DNA of 64,000 bases from Minisyncoccota bacterium (GCA_041659785.1 JBAZXO010000004.1:13270-77269), one strand, 5' to 3'; shown: positions 8,154 to 16,995, counted from the stretch's first letter. The notes: a model not told the origin generated them from the sequence alone. A program made the numbers and translations.

Positions 8154-10460
8154 TTATATTTCGCAAACTCCAGAAACACAAGCGAATTCTTTTGCTCCAG
8201 TAGTATTGTCTGCCATTTCGTATTGAGAAAGTTTAGAGAAATCAATAGTACCGATAGCCCTAGAACGCTTTTCGTATTCTTCTTTTGAGATTGCTTCATA
8301 AGGAGCAAGCTGATAGACGTGTTCTGATCGAGGAAGGAAAGAAAGTCCACCAATCCAATCCCAGTTTTCGTATACGAAATTTCCAACAGCAAGCCATTCA
8401 TCTGGGCCTACATAAATCGTCGCAGATGGATTGTGTTCTACGAAATGCTCCTTTAATCTTTTCCATTCTTTTATAAGATCTAATGCGGAAACTTCATCTT
8501 TAAAGACTGCTCCAGCTGGTGCCTTGACTGGGAATTCTAAGACGAAAGTAGTGGCTGACTCAACGGATTGCCCAACCTCTGGTAAGCAAGGTACTCCTTG
8601 ATCTCGAGCCATTTGAAGGAGGGTGTCGGTATGAGAAATACGTACTCGACGGATGAAATATGGAGCAAACCAAGGATGCATACCTGAACCGACGCCCAAG
8701 AGCTGTCCAGAGTTACCGTGAGGCTTCACGCAAGTAATAGCTGTGGAAGCATTAATACCGAAACGCTTTGCATACTTTTTGTTTGTTTCGATTGAATCAA
8801 GACGAAGAGTATCTAATACTTTATCATTTCGAATAACTGTATTGTCATAGTAACCAGTGAGCGATACACCGAGAAGCCTCTCTTCTTCGCAATTCTCTTT
8901 CCATTTTTTAGAAAGATAACCGAAGTTAGTCAAGGTGGATTGATATGTTCCGAGGAGTGTAGCTAATTCCATTTTTCTTTTTAATGTTTCTACTGTATCT
9001 TTCGGACGTATAACGATACTGGTTAAATTACAAAATTGTCTGGAGCGAAGATAAATTTCTCCACAAGGATTCATTCCTATCTGTCTTTCGTTTTTGATAG
9101 ATTCCCATCTGCGGGCGGGCAACTGTTTCTCTAATCCTCCGCGATTGAAAATTCCACGCTCACCTGACTTAGATTTTACTAAAGCTGTCCACTCATCTAG
9201 AAATTCTTCGGCTGATGGCTTTGCATTATAGACAGCTGAATTATTCGCCATTGCGCGCTGTTCTTCTGTTAAATAAAATTGTCCCTTCTTTGCATCTCGC
9301 ATTTCTGTATCTTCAAGTTCAGAAATAGAAATAAGTGCACTACGTCTGACACCTCCGGCTACGACGATCATCCCAATCTGACAAATGATGTCATGCATAT
9401 CTAAGTTTGAAAGACGGCGACCCTGTTTCGATAAAATTTTTCTTTTTGCAAATTCCATTAAATCCATAAGTGGTTGTGGTCCAGATGCTCTGCCTCCAGC
9501 AGTCTCTAGACGTGCTCCAGCTGGTCTAACCATAGAATAATCAAACTTAACATCTCTACCATCAAACCAAGCCTTAAGACCTAAGACGAAAGCATCTGCC
9601 CAGCCTTCCTTACTATCTACTACAACATGAGTGGAAGCCTTTTCTTTTGTTTGTTTTTTTATTTGAGGAAATTGTTGAACGTTCTCCCACTCGACAGCGA
9701 AGCCAAGCCCTGCACCACACATTGAAATATACATAATCTCACCCAAGTCTTGAGGACAAGTAGGAGCAATATAAGAGCAATTATAGGCCCAAACATTGGA
9801 CTGACGGCAAGCCTTGCCAGAAGACCACAAAAGACGCATAGAAGGACAAATATCTTGATTTAAAATGGCCTGGCGTACGTCTTCGTATTCCTTAGCAGAT
9901 AATTTATCTCCTAAATTCTCTTTCATATAAGCCATATAACGGTCAACAGTTTCTATCCAAGTCTCTCTGCGGCCTAATTCTGGAACCCACCTAGAATAAA
10001 ACTGATAGAAAATATATTCTGAATATGGGCTAGAGAAATATTTACTAGATTCTTCTACTGCAGCTCTGACAGATTCTGAAACCGGACCAAAACTCGCACG
10101 AAGTTCTGAACGCTTGTTACGATAAAGAATATATTTCTTGGCAGTATCAGCAAAACCATTTGCCATTAATTCTTTTTCTACGTAGTCCTGAATAATTTCA
10201 ACTGTTGGCAAAAATTTTGCTCCTTTGTGTGTGCTTGCGAGCTCGGTCTGAAGTTTTAGGAGACTTCTGAAAACACGATTAGCCACAGTGTGTGACTCTT
10301 CTTCTCCACCCTCTCCTGAAACTTCAAAAGCTTTAAAAATTGCCCGGGCGATTCTATCTAAGTCAAAAGGAACAACTTCACCAGTTCTCCTTCTGATTGA
10401 TTTTATTTTTGCCCTCTCACTTTTTAGAATTTTTTCGCTCGCTGTTTTTTTTGTTTTCAT
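8154..10460 (-). CDS. nrdJ: Adenosylcobalamin-dependent (class II) ribonucleotide reductase with N-terminal ATP-cone
   Basis: 768 aa with an ATP-cone (VVPFDLDRIARAI) and active-site NPCGEI typical of class II (class I has NLC.E). C-terminal CVSGVCEI thiol pair; no glycyl-radical motif. Confidence 0.7.
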   Translation of the reverse strand: MKTKKTASEKILKSERAKIKSIRRRTGEVVPFDLDRIARAIFKAFEVSGEGGEEESHTVANRVFRSLLKLQTELASTHKGAKFLPTVEIIQDYVEKELMANGFADTAKKYILYRNKRSELRASFGPVSESVRAAVEESSKYFSSPYSEYIFYQFYSRWVPELGRRETWIETVDRYMAYMKENLGDKLSAKEYEDVRQAILNQDICPSMRLLWSSGKACRQSNVWAYNCSYIAPTCPQDLGEIMYISMCGAGLGFAVEWENVQQFPQIKKQTKEKASTHVVVDSKEGWADAFVLGLKAWFDGRDVKFDYSMVRPAGARLETAGGRASGPQPLMDLMEFAKRKILSKQGRRLSNLDMHDIICQIGMIVVAGGVRRSALISISELEDTEMRDAKKGQFYLTEEQRAMANNSAVYNAKPSAEEFLDEWTALVKSKSGERGIFNRGGLEKQLPARRWESIKNERQIGMNPCGEIYLRSRQFCNLTSIVIRPKDTVETLKRKMELATLLGTYQSTLTNFGYLSKKWKENCEEERLLGVSLTGYYDNTVIRNDKVLDTLRLDSIETNKKYAKRFGINASTAITCVKPHGNSGQLLGVGSGMHPWFAPYFIRRVRISHTDTLLQMARDQGVPCLPEVGQSVESATTFVLEFPVKAPAGAVFKDEVSALDLIKEWKRLKEHFVEHNPSATIYVGPDEWLAVGNFVYENWDWIGGLSFLPRSEHVYQLAPYEAISKEEYEKRSRAIGTIDFSKLSQYEMADNTTGAKEFACVSGVCEI

Positions 10461-10464
10461 AAAG

Positions 10465-11034
10465 TTAAATTGTTTTAGGATTAAAGGTGTTGATAAATGA
10501 CGGCCCTTCTTTTTTCTTTTTCCTAATCAGCGAGTGATATATCGCGGGTGATAAAATCAAGGCAAAGGTTATGTTGCCAAGTAGATGAAGTGCGGTAAAT
10601 GGAATTTGTCCGACGAGAGATTGCATAAATGATTGATGGAAAAAAATTGGCCCAACAGTAAGGCCAGTTATTGCATCAAAAAATAAAGTTCCAATGATTG
10701 CAAAACGCACAAAGCTCCAAGAATTTGATTTTTGTTTTTTAAAATAATTGGCAGACCACAAACCAAGCACCCCATAAGCGAAAACAGTGAAGAAAGTTTG
10801 TACTCCGAGTGTGTGGGTGACTACATCGTAGAGTAAAATACTTAAGACAGCAAAAGAAAAACCTACGAGTGCTCCGTAAATACGAGAAAAAGGCATCATA
10901 GTCGCGAGAATTGGCTCAATATTCGGTGCACGCACTGGAATTAAACGTACAAATAAACACAAAAAAAGACCAACAAAAAACTTCAGAAAAAATTTGGGAG
11001 TAAGTTTAAAATAATTTTTTTTATCTGCGTTCAT
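10465..11034 (-). CDS. ECF-transporter S-component-like small integral membrane protein (candidate vitamin/cobalamin uptake component)
   Basis: 189 aa with about 5-6 TM helices. Lies 4 nt upstream of nrdJ in the same orientation. The family assignment is a guess from size and topology. Confidence 0.3.
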   Translation of the reverse strand: MNADKKNYFKLTPKFFLKFFVGLFLCLFVRLIPVRAPNIEPILATMMPFSRIYGALVGFSFAVLSILLYDVVTHTLGVQTFFTVFAYGVLGLWSANYFKKQKSNSWSFVRFAIIGTLFFDAITGLTVGPIFFHQSFMQSLVGQIPFTALHLLGNITFALILSPAIYHSLIRKKKKEGPSFINTFNPKTI

Positions 11035-11213
11035 ATTATCTTTTTTTATCTAAATTAATCTGGATTTGTCTTAAAAAACCTAAGTTGTATAATACTAATT
11101 GAAATTCTAGGCTTTCGCAACCGTTAGGCTATTATACACGAGACTAGTCCCCTTGTGTAAAGTGGATAACTCACTTTTTTTATCAATTTTAGGGGAAAAT
11201 AATTTTAAACAAC

Positions 11214-11708
11214 ATGGAAGAAAATAAGACAAGGTATGTTTGGGGATTTTTAAGGTTAGCAATGGGTTTGATCTTCTTGTGGGCCTATTTTGACAAGGTA
11301 TTTGGCCTTGGTTTTGCCACAAAACCAGAGCAAAGCTGGCTTGCTGGCGGGTCTCCTACCTCAGGATTCTTACAATTTGCTGTTCATGGGCCCTTTGCGA
11401 GCTTTTATCATAGCTTGGCAGGCATTCCTATGATTGATTGGCTATTTATGTTAGGTCTTCTATTTGTTGGAGTATCTTTAACCTTTGGCATTTTTGTTAA
11501 GTTAGGAAGTATCGCTGGAATAATGATGCTAGCCCTAATGTATACAGCTGTGGGTGTCCAACCGGCCAACAATCCATTTATAGATGATCATGTAGTCTAT
11601 ATAATAGTTATGGCGGGCTTAATGATGTCAGGTTCGGGTGATTATTTAGGCTTTGGAAAGGCTTGGTCTCGTACTCCCCTCGTTCAGAAATATAAAATAT
11701 TAAAATAA
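11214..11708 (+). CDS. DoxX-family membrane protein
   Basis: FLRLAMGLIFLWAYFDKVFG matches the DoxX-like N-terminus; 4 TM helices. Confidence 0.5.
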   Translation: MEENKTRYVWGFLRLAMGLIFLWAYFDKVFGLGFATKPEQSWLAGGSPTSGFLQFAVHGPFASFYHSLAGIPMIDWLFMLGLLFVGVSLTFGIFVKLGSIAGIMMLALMYTAVGVQPANNPFIDDHVVYIIVMAGLMMSGSGDYLGFGKAWSRTPLVQKYKILK

Positions 11709-11731
11709 TTCAGAAAATATAGGACAATTAT

Positions 11732-11759
11732 AAAAAAGCACCCATATGGGTGCTTTTTT
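11732..11759. terminator. Bidirectional intrinsic terminator
   Basis: AAAAAAGCACCCA-tat-GGGTGCTTTTTT. Confidence 0.6.
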
Positions 11760-11766
11760 ATAATTG

Positions 11767-11839
11767 TCCACCCTCAGGGACTCGAACCCCGGACCTGGCG
11801 CGTATAAGGCGCTCGCTCTACCAACTGAGCTAAGGGTGG
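11767..11839 (-). tRNA. tRNA-Ile (anticodon UAU); no encoded CCA (3' A73 followed by CAA)
   Basis: Acceptor CCACCCT/AGGGTGG, D-arm GCTCAGTTGGTAGAGC, anticodon loop CTTATAC, T-arm CGGGG-TTCGAGT-CCCTG. Confidence 0.6.
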
Positions 11840-12504
11840 TAATTTTTACTACTAATCTCAGAAATATATTTCATACCCATGATTATATATTCCCAGAGAT
11901 CTCTATTCTCAAACATAACACAGCAAGTTCCTTTCCCAAAACCATTTTTATAAGTTATCGATTTTAAACTTGTTTTTTTAATATATGATTTTCGAAATTG
12001 ACTTATAGGTATTCTAAGCTCTTTTGACCAAAAATCAAGACTCTGCTTAATATTCATATCAGAATATAAATGTAACTTAATTTTTAAATCTTTATTTTTT
12101 ATTCCAAATAATTTTAACCATTTTATAAAAAACTTAAGCATAGCTGGATTTGTATTTGTGAGAATCACAGAACAGTTACTAGCTTTTGTTCCCTCTCCCC
12201 AATATAAAAATAATCCTGCTAAAAATAAATCTCTTTTTGAAATATTTCCAATATCTTTTGAAACTTTCTTATATACTTCCTCTAAACGAGCTTCTTTTTT
12301 ATTTCGCATTGTATTTCTATAATGCTCAATACGAATAGGACTATTGTCTCTCAACTCTCGAATCCTTTTTTCATTAAGGGGAAAATCTCGAAGCCATCCA
12401 CTTAGAGTGCTTTTGCTAACATCAATCTTTTCTTTGATCTGACTATAGCTCATTCCTTTTTTGCGCATAGCTAAAGCCTTTTGTTTGTCCTTTTTTCTTG
12501 CCAT
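11830..12504 (-). CDS. HTH-containing LAGLIDADG-family homing-endonuclease-like protein
   Basis: N-terminal HTH (MSYSQIKEKIDVSKSTLSGWL) and a single LAGLIDADG motif (LFLAGLFLYWGEGTK). The last codons overlap the tRNA 5' end. Confidence 0.5.
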   Translation of the reverse strand: MARKKDKQKALAMRKKGMSYSQIKEKIDVSKSTLSGWLRDFPLNEKRIRELRDNSPIRIEHYRNTMRNKKEARLEEVYKKVSKDIGNISKRDLFLAGLFLYWGEGTKASNCSVILTNTNPAMLKFFIKWLKLFGIKNKDLKIKLHLYSDMNIKQSLDFWSKELRIPISQFRKSYIKKTSLKSITYKNGFGKGTCCVMFENRDLWEYIIMGMKYISEISSKNYHP

Positions 12505-12574
12505 AAATACGAACTAGCAAATACTAGTTATTAGTATAATATACCATGGTTCATGTATAAAATACAAAAAGAAA

Positions 12575-12595
12575 AACCGCCCTCCATACGGTTTC
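12575..12595 (-). terminator. Intrinsic terminator for the GC-rich cassette gene
   Basis: AAACCG-ccctccata-CGGTTT followed by a T-run on the minus strand. Confidence 0.5.
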
Positions 12596-12628
12596 CCTTT
12601 TGAAGTGCGGGTTGATGAAAAAACAAAG

Positions 12629-13282
12629 TTACTGTTGCGGAGCTACGAGGTGACGCCCGAGCCCGGCATTCCAGACGCGGTCGCGCGAGAACTCGAACAC
12701 GTAAGCCTCGAGCCGACCAATGCCGCCAAAGCCCGCGCTGGCAACGAAGACATTGGAAAAGTCATCGTTGATTGGCTCATCTCCCCTCGTGAGAAGGAAG
12801 AATGTGCCGTAGCCGTCCTTACGAAGTTTGTCGGGATGTTCCCTGCAGAACTTCAGAAACTGACTTCCGAGCAGGTGACGCTTTTTGAGATGGGAAACTG
12901 AGTTCCCGAAGAAATCTGGGAACTTACCATCCTCGATAAGCTCATTGACGTCAATGTCAATCTCAGATGCAACACCCGAGAAGATGATTCCCCAGTTTTT
13001 GAAGTCTGAGTCGAGCCATCCGTCGAAAACCTTCGTGGCTGTTTCGTAGGTGTCGGTACCGTCGGTGGCACCGATGGTGGCCGTGAAAAGCCGGCGAAGG
13101 TAGACTTTCGTCTCCTCCACGACAGTATATTTCCACTCTCTGACGAACTTCGCCAGATCAGCAAAAAAGTTTTCGCCATACACCGAACTTAATCGGTTGG
13201 CGATGTCGAGCAAAAGCCCGAGCGTTCTTGCTGGAACGCCGACGAGGGCACGAGTGAGTGGGCCGAGCATATCCTTGGACAT
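12629..13282 (-). CDS. Hypothetical protein encoded in a GC-rich, G/C-ending-codon cassette (probable horizontal acquisition)
   Basis: 217 aa. Strong SD (AAGGAG 9 nt upstream of the ATG). Codon third positions are overwhelmingly G/C, unlike every other gene here. No family recognised. Confidence 0.5.
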   Translation of the reverse strand: MSKDMLGPLTRALVGVPARTLGLLLDIANRLSSVYGENFFADLAKFVREWKYTVVEETKVYLRRLFTATIGATDGTDTYETATKVFDGWLDSDFKNWGIIFSGVASEIDIDVNELIEDGKFPDFFGNSVSHLKKRHLLGSQFLKFCREHPDKLRKDGYGTFFLLTRGDEPINDDFSNVFVASAGFGGIGRLEAYVFEFSRDRVWNAGLGRHLVAPQQ

Positions 13283-13327
13283 GATCTGTTTCTCCTTTCA
13301 GGAGCATGCATATGGTAACGGAATTGT

Positions 13328-13396
13328 CGCCATAGCTTTTAAGACACAATGTTGAACACTCAGTGTTTAACATTTCATGCTCTAAAAGCTATGGCG
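13328..13396. repeat. ~70-nt compound palindrome upstream of the cassette gene
   Basis: Outer IR CGCCATAGCTTTTA/TAAAAGCTATGGCG with nested AATGTTgAACACTcAGTGTTtAACATT, centred at 13361. Confidence 0.7.
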
Positions 13397-13472
13397 AATT
13401 TCGCAATTTTAAAGAACTTATAACCTACGTATTATAGCATACAAAATACCTATTTGTCAAATACAAAGAAAA

Positions 13473-15398
13473 TTAACGAACTAATTCAAGTGTTGCTTTT
13501 TCTTCTTTCTTTTTTAGAAGTATTCCATGAGCAGTAAGAATTTTTTCATATTCTTCTTGTTCCAAAGTTTCTACCTCAATCAATTTAAGTGCGATAGCAG
13601 TGAATGCTTTTTTATGTTCATCTAATACCTTTTCTGCAGTTTTTAATCCATCATTTATTATTCTTGAAACTTCTGCATCGACTTTCGTTGCTACTGCTTC
13701 TGAAAATTCTTTTTCTACTGACTCTCCGAATTGAGGTCGTCCACCAGAATCAACTAATGCAACTGGTCCGATAACATCAGACATTCCCCATCTCGTCACC
13801 ATCGCTCGTGCCAAATTTGTTGCCACTTGTAGATCACTCGATGGTCCGGTCGTGATATCTCCGAAAATTAATTTCTCAGCGACATATCCCCCGAGAGACA
13901 TTGCGATGTCGTCAATGAATTCTTTTTTAGATTGTAAGCGTCGCTCTTCGAGTGGAAGTTTCAAAGTATATCCACCGGCATTACCACGCGCGATGATAGA
14001 AACTTTGTGCACTGGATCTGCATGAGGAAGTACTGATGCCACGATAGCATGACCCGCTTCATGGTATGCAGTAATTTCTTTTTCTTTTTTAGAAAGCAGA
14101 TGACTTTTCCTTTCTGGACCCATCATCACTTTTTCAATAGCACGAATCAAATCAAATTGAAAAACTTTCTTGCGATTTTCTCTAGCGGCCAAGATTGCAC
14201 CCTCGTTCATTAAAGAATACAAATCCGCTCCAGAGAAACCAGGAGTACGCTCGGCAATTAATTTCAAATTAATATCTTCTGCAAGTGGCTTTTTAAGAGC
14301 ATGAATTTTAAGTATTTCTTCACGATCAGCACGATCTGGTAAATCAAGAATTACTTTTCTGTCAAAACGTCCTGGACGAACGAGAGCTGGGTCGAGCACA
14401 TCTGGCCTATTTGTCGCTGCCATTACGATAACTTTATCATTGGGTTCAAAGCCGTCCATCTCCACCAATATTTGGTTTAAAGTCTGCTCTCGCTCATCAT
14501 TCCCCCCGCCGAATCCTCCCCCACGAGTGCGTCCTATCGCATCTATTTCATCTACAAAGATTATTGCTGGGGCAGCCTTTTTAGCCATCTTAAATAAATC
14601 TCGTACTCGGCTAGCTCCTACTCCGACGAACATCTCCACGAATTCTGAACCTGACAAATGAAAAAATGGTACAGAAGCCTCTCCAGCTACTGCTCGTGCG
14701 AGCAATGTCTTACCCGTGCCGGGAGCACCAGTCAACATCACACCCTTTGGAATCCTTGCACCAATTTCTAAAAACTTTTTTGGACTTTTCAAAAAGTCTA
14801 CAATCTCTTTTAATTCTTCTTTCGCTTCCTTACATCCAGCGACATCTTTAAATGTTACGCGATTGTTTTTATCATTAGGATCTGTGATGCGGGCCTTGGA
14901 CTGACCGAAGGTAAATGCTTGCATGCCGGCACCTTTCACCTGCCTGGATAAATACCAGAAGAAAAGCAATATAAAAATTATTGGCAAGAGAAATGGTAAT
15001 AAATTTACCAGCCAATACATAAATCCACTTTCATTTTTTATTTCTATTTTTGTATTTGTAAGTGCTGCACTCGTAACTCCGTAATTAAAAAGTGTTTGCG
15101 AAAGAGCTCCACCAACTTCTTTCTTAGAAGTTTTAACTTCATCATTTTTATATGTGATAGTAAGCTTATCCCCTTCCACTAAAATATCTTTTACGTCTCC
15201 AGCTTGAACACTTTTCGCTAAATCAGAAATAGCAACTTCGGGAATAACTTTTCCATCTCCAGAAACCACTAAATAAAGTGCTGTGATGAGCATAAAGAAA
15301 AGCAAAGCCCCGGCAATATTTGCTCCAAAATTTGATTTCTTGGGAGCCTTTTTACCTTTGCCCTGTGGGTCTTTTTGTTTGAAAAAATTAAAATCCAT
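13473..15398 (-). CDS. ftsH: ATP-dependent zinc metalloprotease FtsH
   Basis: N-terminal TM helices, AAA domain [14 protein letters not shown] zinc motif; 641 aa. Confidence 0.9.
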   Translation of the reverse strand: MDFNFFKQKDPQGKGKKAPKKSNFGANIAGALLFFMLITALYLVVSGDGKVIPEVAISDLAKSVQAGDVKDILVEGDKLTITYKNDEVKTSKKEVGGALSQTLFNYGVTSAALTNTKIEIKNESGFMYWLVNLLPFLLPIIFILLFFWYLSRQVKGAGMQAFTFGQSKARITDPNDKNNRVTFKDVAGCKEAKEELKEIVDFLKSPKKFLEIGARIPKGVMLTGAPGTGKTLLARAVAGEASVPFFHLSGSEFVEMFVGVGASRVRDLFKMAKKAAPAIIFVDEIDAIGRTRGGGFGGGNDEREQTLNQILVEMDGFEPNDKVIVMAATNRPDVLDPALVRPGRFDRKVILDLPDRADREEILKIHALKKPLAEDINLKLIAERTPGFSGADLYSLMNEGAILAARENRKKVFQFDLIRAIEKVMMGPERKSHLLSKKEKEITAYHEAGHAIVASVLPHADPVHKVSIIARGNAGGYTLKLPLEERRLQSKKEFIDDIAMSLGGYVAEKLIFGDITTGPSSDLQVATNLARAMVTRWGMSDVIGPVALVDSGGRPQFGESVEKEFSEAVATKVDAEVSRIINDGLKTAEKVLDEHKKAFTAIALKLIEVETLEQEEYEKILTAHGILLKKKEEKATLELVR

Positions 15399-15452
15399 AA
15401 GTAGAGATTAGCATAAAACATGCATAAAGAAAAGTTATGCTAAGATTAAGTT

Positions 15453-15899
15453 ATGGCTAATTATGCGGAAAACCGAAAAGCGCGGTTTGATTATGAAATT
15501 TTAGAAAAATACGAAAGTGGTATTGAGCTTTTGGGTACGGAAGTGAAGTCTGTGAGAGGTGGGCAAATGTCTCTAGAAGGAGCCTTTGTCATTGTTCGTG
15601 GAGGGGAAGCATTCTTAATTAATGCAAATATCCCTCCATTCCAACCTAAAAATGCTCCGCAGGACTATGATCCACTGCGCAATAGAAAACTTTTGCTTAC
15701 TAAAAAAGAAATAGCAGAATTAGCGGCAAGTGAGAAAAACAAGAGTTTGACAATAGTGCCACTTACAGTGTATAATAAAGCTAGGAAAATCAAGGTAAAT
15801 ATTGCTTTAGTTAAAGGCAAGAAAAAATTTGATAAACGTGAGACTCTAAAGAAACGCGACACTGACAGAGAGCTCCGAAGAGAGTATAAAGGACGTTGA
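15453..15899 (+). CDS. smpB: SsrA-binding protein SmpB
   Basis: 148 aa with the NRKARFDYEI..E.GI.L.G.EVKS signature. Confidence 0.85.
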   Translation: MANYAENRKARFDYEILEKYESGIELLGTEVKSVRGGQMSLEGAFVIVRGGEAFLINANIPPFQPKNAPQDYDPLRNRKLLLTKKEIAELAASEKNKSLTIVPLTVYNKARKIKVNIALVKGKKKFDKRETLKKRDTDRELRREYKGR

Positions 15900-15920
15900 C
15901 AATAGACCCCCTCTTTGATT

Positions 15921-15940
15921 CTCCCCCTTCGCAGGGGGAG
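15921..15940 (+). terminator. GC-rich hairpin after smpB
   Basis: CTCCCCC-ttcgca-GGGGGAG perfect 7-bp stem. Confidence 0.5.
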
Positions 15941-15981
15941 TTTGAGGGACAAAAGAAATAATAATTTCTTTTACAATAGTT

Positions 15982-16383
15982 GGGGATGCAAGGCATAGAC
16001 AGTTGGCTCAATTGTTATTGATGCATACCGAGTACGGACGTAATCTCGTTAAAATTCGTTCAAATGTTAATTGCAAAATTGACTGCTAAAGCAAAAGCTG
16101 TAGTCTCTCCATTCTTCGGAATGAATGATTTCGCTTTCGCTCCATCTTTCGCGTAAGCCTGGGGTGGTGTCTATCTTATAGACTTCCGATATATAAGATT
16201 AGGCATAATATTATCGGGATAGGAAAAAGCATGTCTCGACTCTATCCGAAACAAAGGGGCTCGATTAAAGAATATTTGGCTCGTTTAAGAATTTTTTAAT
16301 CTAAACAAAAAAAGCGCGCTAAGTATGTAGACTTCTTTACAATAACCTTCTGCACGGGGATTCAATTTCCCCCATCTCCACAA
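15982..16383 (+). ncRNA. ssrA: tmRNA (ssrA); tag ORF 16085-16156
   Basis: 5' GGGGAUG pairs with 3' CAUCUCC to give G3-U70 and A73. The 3' end CGGGGAUUCAAUUUCCCCCAUCUCCACAA closely parallels the E. coli tmRNA 3' end. A GG.AUAGAC D-analogue is present. Open tag frame is AKAKAVVSPFFGMNDFAFAPSFA-stop. Lies immediately downstream of smpB, and TACAAT sits 5 nt upstream. Confidence 0.75.
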
Positions 16384-16386
16384 ATG

Positions 16387-16415
16387 TTGACTTTAGGCCC
16401 CAATTAGGCTATTAT
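16387..16415 (+). promoter_or_regulatory. Sigma70-type promoter for infC (TTGACT - 17 nt - TATTAT)
   Basis: Read directly. Overlaps the conserved 12-mer TTAGGCTATTAT also present at 11124-11135. Confidence 0.5.
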
Positions 16416-16444
16416 CTTGTAGTCAAAGGTTTCTAAGGGTTTTC

Positions 16445-16969
16445 TTGGACACTTATTTACATAAATTGCGCGAACGAATAAACAACCAAATAAGAGCTAA
16501 AGAACTTAGAGTTTTAGACGGTGAAAATAAAAATCTCGGTGTTTTAAGCATAAAAGATGCTCTAGAATTAGCACAGAGTAAAGGCTTGGATTTAATTGAA
16601 ATATCGCCTAATAGTAATCCCCCAATCGCAAAGATAATGGATTTCGGGAAATACCAATATGAGGCGAACAAGAAATTAAAAAAGGCCAAAGCTGGTGCGA
16701 ACAAGACTGAGACCAAATCAATCCAGATAAAAATAGGCACCGGAGACCATGACTTGGAGTTAAAAGCGAAAACTGCTTCGAAATGGATCAAGGAAGGACA
16801 CAGAATCAAAGTAGAACTTTTCCTTGCTGGCCGTGCGAAGTATATGGATGAAAAGTTTTTAAAAGAGCGTTTAGATAGAGTTTTACATTTAATTACTGAA
16901 GATTATAAAATATCAGATAGTTATAAAAAAGGTCCAAAAGGTTTAACAACAACAATAGAGAAAAAATAA
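16445..16969 (+). CDS. infC: Translation initiation factor IF-3 (TTG start in the ORF track)
   Basis: RINNQIRAKELRVLDGENKNLGVLS..LDLIEISPNSNPPIAKIMDFGKYQYE is a classic IF-3 sequence. Confidence 0.85.
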   Translation: MDTYLHKLRERINNQIRAKELRVLDGENKNLGVLSIKDALELAQSKGLDLIEISPNSNPPIAKIMDFGKYQYEANKKLKKAKAGANKTETKSIQIKIGTGDHDLELKAKTASKWIKEGHRIKVELFLAGRAKYMDEKFLKERLDRVLHLITEDYKISDSYKKGPKGLTTTIEKK

Positions 16970-16995
16970 CTACAGGCTTAACGCCACACAAATTT

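Noticed and set aside
8054-8401. ORF 8054..8401 (115 aa) and many other track ORFs antisense to r-protein, tuf, fusA, nrdJ and ftsH genes
   Set aside because: - They lie fully inside, and antisense to, high-confidence conserved genes.
- Their composition is low-complexity.
8154-10460. Class I (NrdA) or class III (NrdD) assignment for the RNR
   Set aside because: - The active-site loop reads NPCGE, as in class II; class I has NxC.E.
- There is no glycyl-radical RxCGY motif.
- The adjacent B12 adenosyltransferase supports class II.
12605-12901. Plus-strand ORF of 98 aa, and minus-strand ORF 12853..13179, inside the GC-rich cassette
   Set aside because: - GC-rich DNA gives long open frames in all phases.
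- Only the minus-strand 12629..13282 frame has a strong SD, a terminator and consistent G/C-ending codon usage.
13328-13396. Integron attC-like site: GTTGAAC and GTTTAAC core-like heptamers inside the palindrome
   Set aside because: - The two heptamers are only about 7 nt apart and in the wrong relative order for R''/R' cores.
- No integrase gene is nearby.
- I treated it as a generic nested palindrome.
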